61,791 nucleotides of DNA from Rhina ancylostomus. Its lineage: Eukaryota. The notes below the pieces were generated by a model that did not search any database, was not told the DNA's origin, and saw nothing but the letters and a program-made list of their open reading frames with translations. Below, piece by piece: positions 36,428 through 49,924 of the stretch. The DNA lies in NCBI GenBank assembly GCA_030265395.1, contig JARFYF010000022.1, positions 21,725,442-21,787,232 on the forward strand. The letters run 5' to 3'. Made by a program: the position numbers and the translations under genes. Position 1 is the first letter of the stretch. Every line of letters begins with the position of its first letter.

Positions 36428-37244
36428 GACTGCAAGATTTGCGCCAAAACTGTTTGATCATTAATATTAAATCAAGCCAGTGGGAATAACTTTCCGAGGA
36501 GGCTCTGGCAGCTATGGAACTTGTCTTCTGCCAACATGGACCAGAAAATCACAGTGATTTGCTTATGTACATTGGCCAAGGTTACGCACTGTCATACATA
36601 TTTGAAAGATTATTGCATAAATATGATTAATTTCAATGTGGTGACAAAATAAATATAGTGCACTATTGACCAAGAAATGTTCTTAAAATTTGTGTGTAGT
36701 ATAATTGGTATGAAATTTTAGTTATAGCCTTTGATATGTACATTCTCATATAAATGGCCAGTGGTGCAAATATAACATCCAGCAAGTAAATGAGTGTATA
36801 TTCCAGAGAAGACTAATCATGACAAGTGACAAAGTATTCAACAGGTATTACAGGTAAAGTGTACTTCCAGACATGAGAGTACATGAAATAGAACTGCTGA
36901 TTAATTGAAGTTGCACACCCTTGCAGCTAAATGTGGGATGGTTCATGGCCAGTTTGGACCTTGGCTTTAGTATGGGGCACTTTATAATCCATCAATCAGA
37001 GTCATATATGCTAAGTCCAGAGTTGCTTTGTACTTACCGGTGGAATTAATTTTCCTCCATCCTAAGTTTTGGAAGAAATCAGAGCTACTTTAAATATGGA
37101 ATAAATGTACCCAACTGTGATATAAATGGAGGACAAGTCATTGTGAGGGTAATAATTAAAATGATACAAGACAACTTGCAAGTCTGGCTGGTCCAGTGGT
37201 TTAATAATGGTATCAGTGGTATAAAAATTACTTGTTGAGATTTT

Positions 37245-37974
37245 TGATCTAAAGGAAATGTCTTTATCCAGAGGGAAATGAATCTTTGGGATTCTCAGCC
37301 CACGGGGAGTTTGCGGACTCGGTTGCAATGTATATTCTAGACAAAGATTGTTAGATTTTTGGATTTTAACAGTATCAAGGGGTTTGGGGTCAGTGTAGGA
37401 ATGTGGTATTACACCCAGTGTCACATTCTAACTATTGCATAAGATTGCATGGCTGGAGAGGGGGTGCAGAAAGAGGGCTTTAGATTTTTGAGAACTTGGG
37501 ACAGTTTCTGGGCCATGGGAAGCCTGTACTGGTCACACAGATTACACCCCAACAAGAATGGGACTACTTTCCACACAGTGGGTTTTGCTTGTGCTTTTGA
37601 GGAGGGTTTAAACCAGCTTGGCAGGTGGAACCTGAGAAGACAAACAGGAGTGAGAGAAAATAACATGAAAGTGGAAATTAGAAATGTAAGCAAAACAAGT
37701 AGGCAGCAGAAACAAAGACAAACAGCAAATACATTCAGAATACAGAAAAATTATAAAAGCCAGAGTTAATGGCACTGTATCTAAAAGTATGCTGCTGCAG
37801 CAATTAGGGAGGGAAATGGCACATTGACCTTTATTGCAAGAGGATTTGAGCCAATGGGTGATGATATCTTTCTGCAATTATCTAGGACTTGGGTGAGACC
37901 ACACTTGGAGTATTGTTTAATTTTGGTCTCCATACCTGAAAAGAGATCTTTTTCGTCAGATGGATTCATGAGGT
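37245..37974 (+). mobile_element. Patchwork of CR1 fragments (3' region, ORF1 C-terminus, ORF2 C-terminus)
   Basis: EGFRFLRTWDSFW...LHPNKNG (esterase end) and LSRTWVRPHLEYC. Confidence 0.75.
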
Positions 37975-38074
37975 NNNNNNNNNNNNNNNNNNNNNNNNNN
38001 NNNNNNNNNNNNNNNNNNNNNNNNNNNNNNNNNNNNNNNNNNNNNNNNNNNNNNNNNNNNNNNNNNNNNNNNNN

Positions 38075-38215
38075 TCACCCTGGGAAAAAGTCTCTGAGCG
38101 TCCACTCGATCTAAGCCCCTTATCATCTTGTACACCCCTATCAAGTCACCTCTCATCCTCCTTCGCTCCAAACAGAAAATCCCTAGCTCGCTTAACCTAT
38201 CCTCATAAGACATAT
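38075..38215 (-). mobile_element. CR1 3' fragment
   Basis: MSYEDRLSELGIFCLERRRMRGDLIGVYKMIRGLDRVDAQRLFP. Confidence 0.85.
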
Positions 38216-40289
38216 TAGATTTTAATTTATTAATTAACACTCAAAGTTAGAACTATGGTTTACAAATCACAAGAAAATAGGTAAAACAAAAACATGATTT
38301 TTAGATTCAAATTGAATGTAATTCCTCCAAATACTATTTTTGTCAACTCTATATAACTTCATTATATAAACCAACATTTAGCTTTTTAAAATGAACCTTT
38401 CTGTTCAGAGCACGATAGAAGTTTCAAATGTATTACATGAAATAATACTAATCTAGACCTTTAGAATGGCAGAACTGGTAGGCTTTCTTAAAACTTATAA
38501 TGACTGAACTCATCAGAACTTACCTCAGGTCGGAGCTCATAGCTTCTGCTTTTAACAAGACCAGAAATTATTTTGACCAAACAAAGTGAAGCTTGGCCAA
38601 TTTTGTCCTGCTTAAAAAGAGTTTCCACAGCTTCACAGCACATCCGTGAAATCTAAAGAGATACAACTATTAAACACAAGAATATAACAACAGAGTATCA
38701 TCAAAATAAAAACTCAATAGAATCACATTATTTTAGAACAAACAGAATCTGTCCTATCTTTCTGCATGGGCTGCTTGGTTCCTTTTCCTATATTTTTGAA
38801 AAAAAGATCATTTGAAATATTTTTTCACTTTCCTTTTGGAAGCTAACAAGTATTCAATTTTCAGCAGTAATTCCAGTAGGATGTATTATTTCATATGGTG
38901 TTTTGAAATTATCTGATCTTCCTGACATTTGGATGTTGGTCTTAGAAATACGCCTCTAGTTATCAACTTGTGGAAGTCCTTCCTCCTTTACCCAGATTAG
39001 TGGTTGTTAATAAACACCAAAGTGCTTGTGACAAAAGAAGGCTTCTGGCATTTTGGGTGACTGCCTTTCTTGTGTTTGTCCTTGGCCAGATTGCATGCTT
39101 CCCTGCACCGCTCTTTGGTTCCCAGCCCCAGCAACATTAAATCCTGCAATTGAATCATACATTATCAGAGCATGTTCTGTCTGATGGTGAGAATAAGAAG
39201 TTGAACAGTTATAATTGGAGCTTAGAACAGCTATTGTGAGTGCTGAACTTTGGTCTGAACTGGAAAAGAATGCGAGTCTCTCACAATTAAAAAAAATATT
39301 TTTTGAAACATTTAACGAACTAATTTGTAGAAAAAAATTCTGCAGAGATATTGGATTGGATAGCCTCATGATTTTATGGGGTACATGATTCAATTTCAAT
39401 GAAAAATCTATCGTAATGGAAAATAGTGGACTTAATGCGAGAACTCAAAGTTGGTGAACCTTTTGGATCCTCTATGCAGCAGACATACTAACAGACACAG
39501 GAGGCTGAATGTGCGCAATGTTCTATAATGGCACGCAATTCATGCTTGAACCCCACTTCTGGGGCTTGTCTCTGGTTTAACCCTCACAATTAGCTATAAT
39601 TATTCATCCCCAGCCACCCCAAAGGCTTAGCGACCAAGAAGCAGTTCCTCCCCACCCCTAGCCCATCTGATCCCCGACTGCTGACATTACTTCTCCCAGG
39701 TTTCTATCTCATCCCTCTGCCAACAAATCACTTGTGACCTGTAACTTAATCCACTTTGCATACATCACAGCCGTGAATGAAAAGACATGATCTTGTAAAG
39801 TAGTACAGGATAACTTGGCCTTCTGCACTGCTGAATTTTGCAACAGTGGGTCCTCGTACAAAATATGCATTGGATGTCTAGATAACAACCTTGAGTGCCC
39901 CTTTATCAGCAACTTTGATGAATGCAACAATCATGATTTTTTGGTAAATATATCAATTGATTTGCAGAATTCATAATGATTTTGTGATTTTTATCAGATA
40001 TTTCACTTGATCATTTGTTGTCATTCATTTACCTAAACAATTACAGTATATTGTTGCTGCAGGTCTGTTTAATCAAGAAATTGTTTTTGAAGAGTAAAGG
40101 CGGAGCCAGTTCTGCCTCAGCATCTTGAGATAACTTGGAAGCTTAGGTCCTGTGAAACAATTTTTGACTTTGTTTTATTGTCCAATTTTTCACCAAGTTT
40201 TGGAGTGGATTGTATCAAGAACACAGTCCGCTCCAGTTTTATGTCTGTATAAACTAGAGCTGACAGTGGCCTTGTGTTCAAAACTTGTT

Positions 40290-40645
40290 AAGCTTTATGT
40301 CTTCCTGACTCCGTGACCATTCCCATCCCTAAGGCCCTCTGAAAATCTTGTAATTATCCAACCTTCATGTAATTCTTCCACTGCCATCACTTGGCTTTTG
40401 GAGTTCCTGCCTTTTACACCTAAAAATAAGCAGTGCAAATCCTTAAATCTCCCTGTCACTTCAGTTTTTTTTTTCATTCTCTCTCTTTTGCTACTTATGA
40501 AGCTCAACTTTGACCAAGCTTTTGTTAAGCTTCTGAAAATCTCCTCCTTTGGTACAGACTCACTTTTTATTGATGGTGCTTCAACAGAATGCCATGGAAC
40601 ATTCCTCTACATGAAATCCTTTTATATAAATCAAACTTGCTGTTA
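40290..40645 (+). mobile_element. L2 LINE 3' end relic
   Basis: ctttgaccaagcttttg...atctcctcc and tail ggaacattcctctacatgaaatccttttatataaatcaaacttgctgt. Confidence 0.55.
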
Positions 40646-40919
40646 CTGCTACACTCATAACTCAAAACAACTGCTTTTAAGTTTGACAACAATTAACATT
40701 TTATTAAGTGGATATAAAAACAAATTTTCTTCCTTTTTAATTATTACATAGAAAGATGGCTATGTGTCAATGAGTTGTACACTTGACTGTGAGTAAGGAT
40801 GTTGTTGCCCAACAATGAAGTTCGCTACCGAAGAGCTGCATTGTTCATGTGAAGTTAAAACAAGAATTTGCCTCTTTTTTTCAACTTGAAACATAATATC
40901 AAGGAATTATATTTTTTAA

Positions 40920-41055
40920 AAAATAGCATGGGAACTATCCCCAGTGTCCTGTCCAATATTTAATCTATTTACGTATTGGTTAAGGAATATGTGCTTATTA
41001 TCACACTGCTGCACGTAGATGTTTTGTGTATACTTTGGTTGCCGCATTTCCAACT
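40920..41055 (+). mobile_element. SacSINE1/DeuSINE relic
   Basis: ccccagtgtcctgtccaatatttaatc...ttatcacactgctg...ttggttgccgcatttcc. Confidence 0.6.
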
Positions 41056-41579
41056 TGATAGAAAATTAAATTACAGACAAAATGGGAATCAAAGGTTATA
41101 AAGATTGAGTATGTAAGTGGAATTAAGGCCAACAATCAGATCAGTGTTGATGTTATTGAAATCCAAACAGACTGAGGAAATCTTTTGAGGCAGGTTCATT
41201 TGAGAAAGGTAATGATTTGTTATGAGCTCCCTCTATTGGTCAGATAATCAGGCAAAATAAAATGGCTTCACACATAGTAGCACGTGGTTGAACACTGGTG
41301 ATCTGAATGAAATGATTTTCCTAAATGTTTGCAAAAACAGAATGGTGCTGTTACGATCATTAGTAATAAGGAGTGGATAAGATGATTAACCCAAATGGAG
41401 TAAAAATGGCGGGCCTTTCATGAAACAATCGCTGAAAGGCAAGTTATCCTGATTTCTTTCACCCTCTCTTTGTTCATCACTGCAGATGCAGAGCAGTTGG
41501 TTTATTGAACCTGGGTTATATTTCATTAATTCAGTTTTTCTTTGCTTCTCTCAGTTGTGTTAAGCTATTATTCAGACTG

Positions 41580-44120
41580 GGATGACCAGAAGGGGTATTT
41601 TAGATTCTATTCATTCAATCAAATCATGGAATTAATGTTTTGAAAGAATGGAAAAATGTTTCTCTGCTAATGAAATGCAGAAAGGAAGAAGTCCATTTTG
41701 ATTGTGGCTTTGGGTTTTAAGACCTACACAGGCTGATTTTAAAAACCTGCTGGTTCCAGCCAGGTGAGGAGAAAAGATACCTGAAGAGTTGGTTAAATTA
41801 TTTGAATGGTATAACTGCCCCACCCCATTTCCATGGTACAAAGGTGGACACATCAACTGGGATCAAAATCCTGATAAAACTGTTGTAGATTTCATTGGCA
41901 GATTTGAGATAGTTTGCTGAATACATTGTGTTTGGTAAAAGGTTGGAGGTGATGTTGTGGGATTTTATAGTTCATGGAATTAATGATTGCTTCCTCAAAG
42001 GAGGCTTCTCAGTGAGAAGGAACGGAATGTCAAGCAGGTGCTTGAGATTGCCCAGGTAGTGGGGACTGTGATCAAACAAGCATAGGATTTTTAACAGCAT
42101 CAAGTGATGGCTCAGAGCATTAACACGTTAGGGTCTGACTCTTTGGCATCTTCTGGAAGAGTGAGGAACTATCTAAGGAGGAAATGTTATTGTTACAGTA
42201 GCATGTGATCTGGAGCGAATTGACTGAGGTGGACAGAGTCTGTTTGCAAATTTGTAATATCAAGGGACGTTTATCAATAGTTTGTTTGAAAGCAAAGCAA
42301 GACCATGGGAAGCTCAGGAAAAGGAGCAGTGTGAAACCCATTGAGAAGGGCATCAGATACTCACTGAAAAATGTGGTGAGCTGCATGGATCGTATAGATT
42401 GCCCATGTTATGTCAGAATTAGACTGAGCCTTCCTTAAGTCTCTGGAGATCATCTTGAAGGAAAGAGAGGCTGATGATGGAACTGGACACTGCTGCTGCA
42501 GTACTGGTAGTGTACCATCAGGAATTTAAGCCTGAAGATGAAGCTTGTGGAATCATTTACCTTTCTTTGTATCTACATTAGGGAAAGAATCAAAGTGATA
42601 GGAACATGTGAAACTAGTGAGAGCTTGTGGAAGTGAATCATGTCTTCATCTTCTGATTGTTCCAGGTCAAGGACCAAATTTGACGATCCAGAAACAGCTA
42701 TCAAGGGTAAAAATAAAAAAAATAGAAAATGTTGGTTATACTCAGCTTGTGAGGGAAGCATCTGTGGAGAGCAAAAAAAAATTAATGTTTTGGGTCAATT
42801 CCCTTTGGGGGGGAAACGTTAGAAATGAAATAATTTGAAAGTTTATTTGCAAATTTAAAGTCATTTGATTTCTAACTTTTCTCAGTCCAAATGAAGGGTC
42901 ATCAATCTATGATGTTAACTTTATTCCTCTGTGCCCATAGATGTTGCTTGACCTGCTGAGCATTTCCAGCATTTTCTGTTTTAATTTCAGATTTCCACAT
43001 CTGCATATTTTGCTTTTGGAAAGATAGAGTGATCAAGAGCATGAAGAAACTGTCTACTTCAAATATGTTCAGAGGAGATTTCTAAGTATTCAAGGCATGA
43101 AAGTCAACATTCACCTGAAGGAGACTGCTGCAACTCAGTTATTTAAAGCACTTTAAGTTTGAGGAAAAGACTGGGAAAATCTGAAGAGTCTCCAGGAAGC
43201 AGGTATCATTAAACTGGCTCAGGTTTCTGATTGGGCTGCAGTAGTTGTTCCTGTAGTGAAGACAGATGGCACCATTAGGATCTGTGGAGATTACAAGATA
43301 ACAATCAATAGGGTGCAAAGGTAGGAAGATATCCCTTAGTTCTGATTGATGATTTGTCTGCTTAGATAGGAGGACAGATCACCACAACCCTTGATATGTT
43401 GCATGCTCACCAGCAAGATTCAATGGAGTACTCAATAATAAATGCTCATTGTGAATTGTTCTAATATAATAGACTTCCATTTGGGAATAATATCAGCTCC
43501 AGGCATTTTTCAGAGAACAAAGTACAGTTTTGCTTTATATGCCAGTTGTTCTGGTTTCCTAGTTGATATATGGGTGCCTACAAGAACAGAGCAGGAACAC
43601 AAGGAAAACCTGGAATGAGTACTTAGATTCTGAGAAGCAGAAGATGGTTGAAGGAAGGCAAGTGTGCTTTTGCTGCTTCAGAACCTAGCCGTCTTGCTAT
43701 CAGAGATACTGAAGGACTTGACACAATTGAGGACAATGTGAACACAGTATTGGATATACTTACTCTGACCAACATGACAGAACTGAAGGTGTGCTTTAGA
43801 CTTCTGGTATCATTAGCATCATGTTAGGACCTCTTAGAGTTAGTGAATCACAAAACAAGTGGGAATTGGACAAAAATACAGGGAACTGCATTCTGAGAGT
43901 CGTAGCAGTTGTTGAGTTTACAAGCTGTTGCTTATTATGATCCAGTGAAGCTGTTGTTGCTGTTCTGGGTTATATTGCTTTACAACATTGCTATTTTTCC
44001 ATCACACCATCTAGAGAATGGAGATGAGAAGCAGATTAACTTTGCCACAAAGTCCACTTACAGAGGAGAGCAACAGTGCACCTAAACAAAAAAATTAGCT
44101 ATCATCTACTGACTGAAATT
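41580..44120 (+). mobile_element. Ty3/Gypsy LTR retrotransposon internal region (gag-PR-RT-RH), heavily decayed
   Basis: gag ERMEKCFSANE, LEVMLWDFIVHGIND..RRLLSE, knuckle-like ICNIKGRLSIVC; protease MELDTAAAVLV (42477); RT GIIKLAQVSDWAAVVVPVVKTDGTIRICGDYKITINR (43202-43312), YNRLPFG; RNase H YYDPVKLLLL...ENGDEKQINFA. Confidence 0.85.
42705..43020. mobile_element. Penelope-derived palindromic element, both arms, inserted in Gypsy pol
   Basis: Left agaaaatgttggttatactcagc...agcatctgtgg...gttagaaat is inverted against right atttctaac...atagatgttgcttgacctgctgagcatttccagcattttctg. Confidence 0.75.
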
Positions 44121-44880
44121 CTCTAAGTACTATGTCTGGTTAGTGTTAACTATTTCTGGTGGGCAAAATTGTAATTCCCTTTTTACTTAAGTTTGTCAAC
44201 CCCTAATTAAATATTGCCTTAACTTTCTCAGCCCTGAGAATAATCCTGGTTTCTCCTGTCTCTCCACAAAAATAAAGACTCTCAGCCAAAGAGAAAGCTG
44301 ACTAATTGGAAACAGAAAAAGAACAATGGGAAATTTTCAAAAGTTGTATAATGAACTATTTATGGATGAGACAGTTGATTTATCCCTTCACCTGGACTAC
44401 TTTCAAAGTGTATTAGGATTGAGACTGTCTGATGATTTTAGCACAATTTGAACTGCAGGATCTTCCTTGTGACCATGAACTATTTTAATGATTTCTGCTG
44501 GGTGTTGGATACCACTGAACAACTTCTGCTGGAAAGCTGAAAAAAGTAGCTGATGGTCTCAAGGGTTTTCTCAGACTACATTGAATTTACTCTATTTAGT
44601 CAGTATGAAGACTATATTTTTAACAGTAATGGCCCAAATCTTATTTATTTTCAATGGCAAATGATGGATCATGGTTCCTTCTAGTTTTCTATTTTGATAA
44701 ATTGTATTACTCTGAAAGAAAATGCCACTCGGAGCTTTATAAATTATTGCACAAAGAAACAAAAGATGATTTAAACTACAGTTTTGTCAGGTACACCCAT
44801 AAAATCTGATACAGCCATATTTTCAAGATACCAGATCGCCAATAAGAAGATGCAGTTTGGTAGCAGTACAGTTTTCACTT

Positions 44881-45040
44881 AAACAGAGCAAAAATCAAAC
44901 AGCTGGAGGAACTCAGCAGCATTGCATGACCTGAACTGTTGACATCCCTTTGTCTCCACAGATGCAGCTTGACTCACTGAGTTCCTCCAGCTGTTTGTTT
45001 TGTGCTTCAGATTCCAGCATCTGCAGTATCCTGTGTCTCC
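44881..45040. mobile_element. Penelope-derived palindromic element, short
   Basis: Perfect 21-bp inverted repeat caaacagctggaggaactcag (44896-44916) / ctgagttcctccagctgtttg (44977-44997). Confidence 0.8.
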
Positions 45041-45227
45041 ATCACACTGAAGTAGTACTGGGAGGGAATGAAAATGATGTTGCCCTGTAAGACTAGCAGC
45101 TCCTGTTCATTAATGATGACACCATAATCAATATGCGATGAGTAAGAAAATAATAGGAAAAGTGAATGGAATTGCAGAATTTGATTTGCCCACCCCCTCT
45201 CCCTCTACAAGATGATAATAATCTTAA

Positions 45228-45365
45228 AGTCACACTACACAGAAACAGGCCCTTTGGCCTGCTATTTCCATGCTGACTATAATTGCCCATCTACACTCAT
45301 TCCATTTACCAGCATGGCCTTCTTTGCCTTGACAATTCGAGCAAATTTCTGGATACTTCTTAATC
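45228..45365 (-). mobile_element. CR1 3' tail fragment
   Basis: cacagaaacaggccctttggcctgctatttccatgctgac. Confidence 0.65.
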
Positions 45366-46057
45366 TAATGCAATGAAAATAGAACTTGATTTATTTAGTC
45401 AGCATTAAACAATGAGTATAACTGGGCTCTGAAATCCTTAAAGCACCACAGAAGAGAACAGACAGTAATTTAATTTTGTCTCTGTAAAATCACAGCTCTG
45501 CCTTTGATTTTATTAGCCTTCCCAAATTCATATATTTGATATACATAATTAGGAGGAGCAAACACATACAGTCTATAAAGTATGTAATTTTTGGTAGACT
45601 TTCTTTCCTTGATGGACAGTGCATTGTTAGAGGTTGTAAATAATNNNTGGTATCTTTACAAAGTCCCTTTGATCCACGTGCTGATGTAAATGATGTGACA
45701 ACAATTGGAGCACTTAAACTCACACCATTCTCAACAAACATTATAAAATACTCCTCCTGACTCTGGCCCTGAAGATCTGGAAGCATTCTTTAAAGATATG
45801 TATCTAATATCCATCACGTCAGCTTTCAATCAACTGGACAGAATAAAATCTGTGTTGAACCACTATTAGGTTCACCAGATTTTAAAAGCTTGCTAATTTT
45901 TTTTATCTGTTGAATTCCTTTAAATGTTGCCCTCAGAAATAAATCATAGGTCTACCTGTAACAAATATGTGTTCTTATTCTAACTGCATGTTGTTGCAGG
46001 AACATAATGAGTCGTCAAGAGAGATAGAGAACTTAAAATGTATGCATCTAGGTTGCT

Positions 46058-46837
46058 CATAGTCATAGAGCTATAAAGTCATACAGCATGGAAGCAGACC
46101 TGTCAGTTCAACTGGTCCATGCCAACCAAGATGCTAATCTAAACTAGTCCCATTTGGCCTATATTCCTCTAAACCTGTCCTAACCATGTACCTGTCCAAG
46201 TTCCTCTTAAATGTTGCTAATGTACCTGCCTCAACCACTTCCTCTGGCAGCTCATTCTATACAAACCACCCAGTGAGTGAACAAGTTGCCCCTCAGGTCC
46301 CTTTTAAATCTCTCCCCTCTCCCATTAAAACTATGCCCTCTGGTTATTGATTCCTTTTCCCTGGGAAAAAGACTGAGTGCATTCACCCTATCTATGCCCC
46401 TCATGAATTTATACACCTCTATAAGATCACCCCTCATTCTCCTGTGCTCCAATGGATATAGTCCAAATCTGCTCAACCTCTGTCTATAACTCAGTCCCTT
46501 GAGTTATAGCAACATCCTCGTGAATCTTTTCTGCATTCTTTCCAGTTGAATGGCATCTTTCCTATAGCAGGGTGACCAAAACTGAACACAATATTCTAAT
46601 TGTGGCTTCACCAAGGTCTTGTACAACCGAAAAAATAACTTCCCCATTTCTATACTCAGTGCCCTGACTGATACAGGCCAATGTGCCAAAGCCACCTTCA
46701 GCACACTGTCTACTTGCAACGCCACTTTCAGGGAACCATGTACTCCTAGGTCCTTCTGTTCTATAGCACTCCCTAGGGCCCTACCATTCACTTTGAAAGT
46801 CCTACCCTGACTTGTCCTCCCAAAATGCAGCACCTCA
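46058..46837 (-). mobile_element. CR1 LINE, 5'-truncated
   Basis: LHFGRTSQ...EQKDLGV...LYKTLVKPQLEYCVQFWSP...LERMQKRFTRM; RRMRGDLIEVYK; TRGHSF; reverse tail catagtcatagag. Confidence 0.92.
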
Positions 46838-47479
46838 AGTTGTGGCTAAACCAGGCTCAGATGTACCCTGGCTATTCTAAGCACTTGTTACTATGCAGTA
46901 GTGTAACCTGTTGCAGAAGGTGGCATTGTACTGAAGTTCAGTAAATGTTTTCTATTGGAGGTGTCATTGCTAAACTTATGTACACTTGTAAAACTTATTT
47001 CTTCAATACTGTTTTGACATTTCTAACTGATGTGTCAGCTGCAGCATTTGGCACTAGGTGGTATGATGAAATAAGTATGTGCAAAATACCATTTTGTTTC
47101 ATAAAACACACATAGAAATGAACAAAGCAGAGAACCATCATCTGAGATTAACTCCACTGCTGAGCTGTGACATGAGAAAATGACTCTCAATTCTTTGCTA
47201 AGATGCTCTGCAGTAATATAGGATTCAACATGTTTCTTTTCAATCCGTTTAAAGTGACTATAAGCACTAAGAAGTTACACAATAGTTAACGCTTACTCTT
47301 TGTGATGATCTCATTGACCATTTTCAAGCCAATAAAGGTTGTCTTGGTAGTTTGATTCTGCAGTCTTGACAGTTGTCTATTTGTTCCTCAAGATCTTTAC
47401 TTAACCAAGGCCAATAAGCAAAACCACTGACAATTGCTTTTATGCTCACAACTCCAGAATATTCAATATAAAGATTCTT

Positions 47480-47632
47480 CTTTGTAACTGTAACACTATA
47501 TTTTGCATTCTGTTATTATTTTTCCTTTTGTACTACCTCAACGTACTTTTGTTTGGAATGATCTGTCTGGATGGCACACAGTACAAAGCTTTTCACTGTA
47601 TCGCGGTACATGTGACAATAATAAACTAATTA
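47480..47632 (+). mobile_element. Rex1/Babar LINE 3' end
   Basis: gtactacctcaacgtac...aaagcttttcactgtatcgcggtacatgtgacaataataaac. Confidence 0.75.
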
Positions 47633-49924
47633 CATTTAAAATAACTTCATTTCATTGACTGGTCATGTTATGGTATGGTCTCATCTTCATCTGGAGACTT
47701 GTCTAATTTGGTCCACACTTTTACCATTTTTCATGTGTGTATTTGCGAATGATGTATTTTGGTGTTTTCTTACAGTAAGCCTTTTTGTTGCCCTCCTGAT
47801 AGCATTCCCACCAAGCCTGGCAACCTCAAGGTTTCCTGTCCATTTGCTTTCATTACTACCCTGACTCGTTAACCATTGTGACTTTCTTAATACTTTTGGG
47901 ACTTGTCAGCAGCTCAATAATCCCAGTGGGTAGACGTTTTTGGAGTTGCTCCACTAGCTGCACCTTATCTGTGTAGCCTCGTTGATCTTCGCAGCAGTTG
48001 TGCCAGTGATCACCCAAAGGATTCACTCAGCAGCCGCTCAAGTGGCACTTGAGCTGCCCCTCTTCTACTGCAGAGTTTCTGCAAGCCCTCTGCCCACACT
48101 TGCTATTGCTCAGTCATGATTAGTTACTGTTATATTCAGCAATGCTCCAGCAGCTCAAATTACTGCAAATTACTGCTGTGGTGACCAATAGTTTTACCCC
48201 ATAGGCAGCCCTCCTGACTTGACACCAAGTCCATTTTTACATTCTAAGTTCTCTTCATGTTTTCATCACCAATTTGTAATATATGTTTAGATTCTTATTC
48301 TTATCGCACCCTGTAGTACTAAATATATAATGAATCATATAGAAATATGGAGTATCATCAAAATGCATGTCTTATTTATTGCACTCTTTACAGCAGCGCT
48401 GTGCGTTTCTGCTAATGTTATATGTATGCAACACATTTTCTTTCAACACATTTCTAATGCATTATTTATCATGGCAAACTCATTTTTTGGCCATGTGGTA
48501 GGATTGTTGTATCAGAACGGCTTGGATCTTGAGTTAGTTGAGGGTTTGATGTGTCATGGGTTTAATTGGAATACATTGTCTCAGAACTGCACTCAGTGTG
48601 TAAGTTTACAAGCTATTTCTCCTAAATATATTCATAGTTTCCTCCACATCCTAATGACTTCGCTTTTCATTGATGATCTTTATCAAAGAATAATGAATTG
48701 TCTGTTCCAAGCCTTTTTAAGTAATGTGTACAGCACAAAGCTTTGCTTGAATGCTAAATCAAATCCATTACTTTAAATTAAAATAGTGCCACTCATGGTG
48801 ATGGAGCAAGTGAAGAATTGGATTACTTCTAAAAGTGGCCACAAATTAGTAATTTTATCTCACAGTCTGAAGTAAATGCCTTGAATCGTTGTGGTCTATA
48901 AACCAATACTTTTCTGTCTGAAGGTGTATTATTACAGTTAAGTGCTGCAATGATTGTTTACCAAATTATCAAGCAGTGTTGAGACACCTCTTGAGGGCTA
49001 TTTAAAGGAAAAACTTATTTTATTACCCATTAGCAAATTACGTTCTTCAGATCTGGCTGTTCAAAAGACTGTGAAAGATTCTGTGGTATCTATGTTCTTT
49101 CTGTTAAGTTGGCGCAATTTTAGAAATCCTCATTGCATTCTGCTCATTGATAGAGACTGGTGCAAAAAGTTGTCATAGTAATCAGATTTGTCTTGCATTT
49201 TTTGACTTGTTTATAAAAGTAATCATAATGGATTGAATCACATGAAAGTGTTTCTTTTGCTGACATTAGCTTTGACATTAATAATTTAATACAAAACCGT
49301 TGGAGCTGAGAGCAGGTTTGTGAATTTTCATCTGTTTCTTGGCATCACCATGTGGTGTAAGAGGCCTTCCTTTTTAAGATCACCTTGTTATTTCATCTTA
49401 ACCACAGGTGGAGTTCTGCAGTCATGCTGGGCATGACATGACTGCTTGATTTTTTTGCTCCACATCCCAGCACCTACAGTCTCCTTTGTCTACAGTGACT
49501 GCAATCACGTGTTCCAACAACACTGAGAAAGTCATGTTGCAATAAAGGAATTACCTAGAAATTGGACCTGTTTATTTTTACATGGCCATTTCTATGGGAA
49601 ATAGCACCAATTGGGAGATGGGCTGGACACACTGGCTGCTATTCACCTCAGCACACCTTAGAACTCCACCCTTCTCTGGCATCAAAGCTACATCTACTGC
49701 CTTACAGGCTGTTGTACATCAATTTCAGCCCAAGGAGTGACCCTGCTGGAGTTTTAAAAAAGGAAAGTGTAGTTCATATTCTTGGTGATAAACAATTGAT
49801 AAAGAGGAAGTTCTAGAAAGTCTANNNNNNNNNNNNNNNNNNNNNNNNNNNNNNNNNNNNNNNNNNNNNNNNNNNNNNNNNNNNNNNNNNNNNNNNNNNN
49901 NNNNNNNNNNNNNNNNNNNNNNNN

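Noticed and set aside
41985-42530. Initially read as a minus-strand L2 fragment
   Set aside because: Plus-strand translation gives Gypsy gag and protease motifs collinear with the downstream RT
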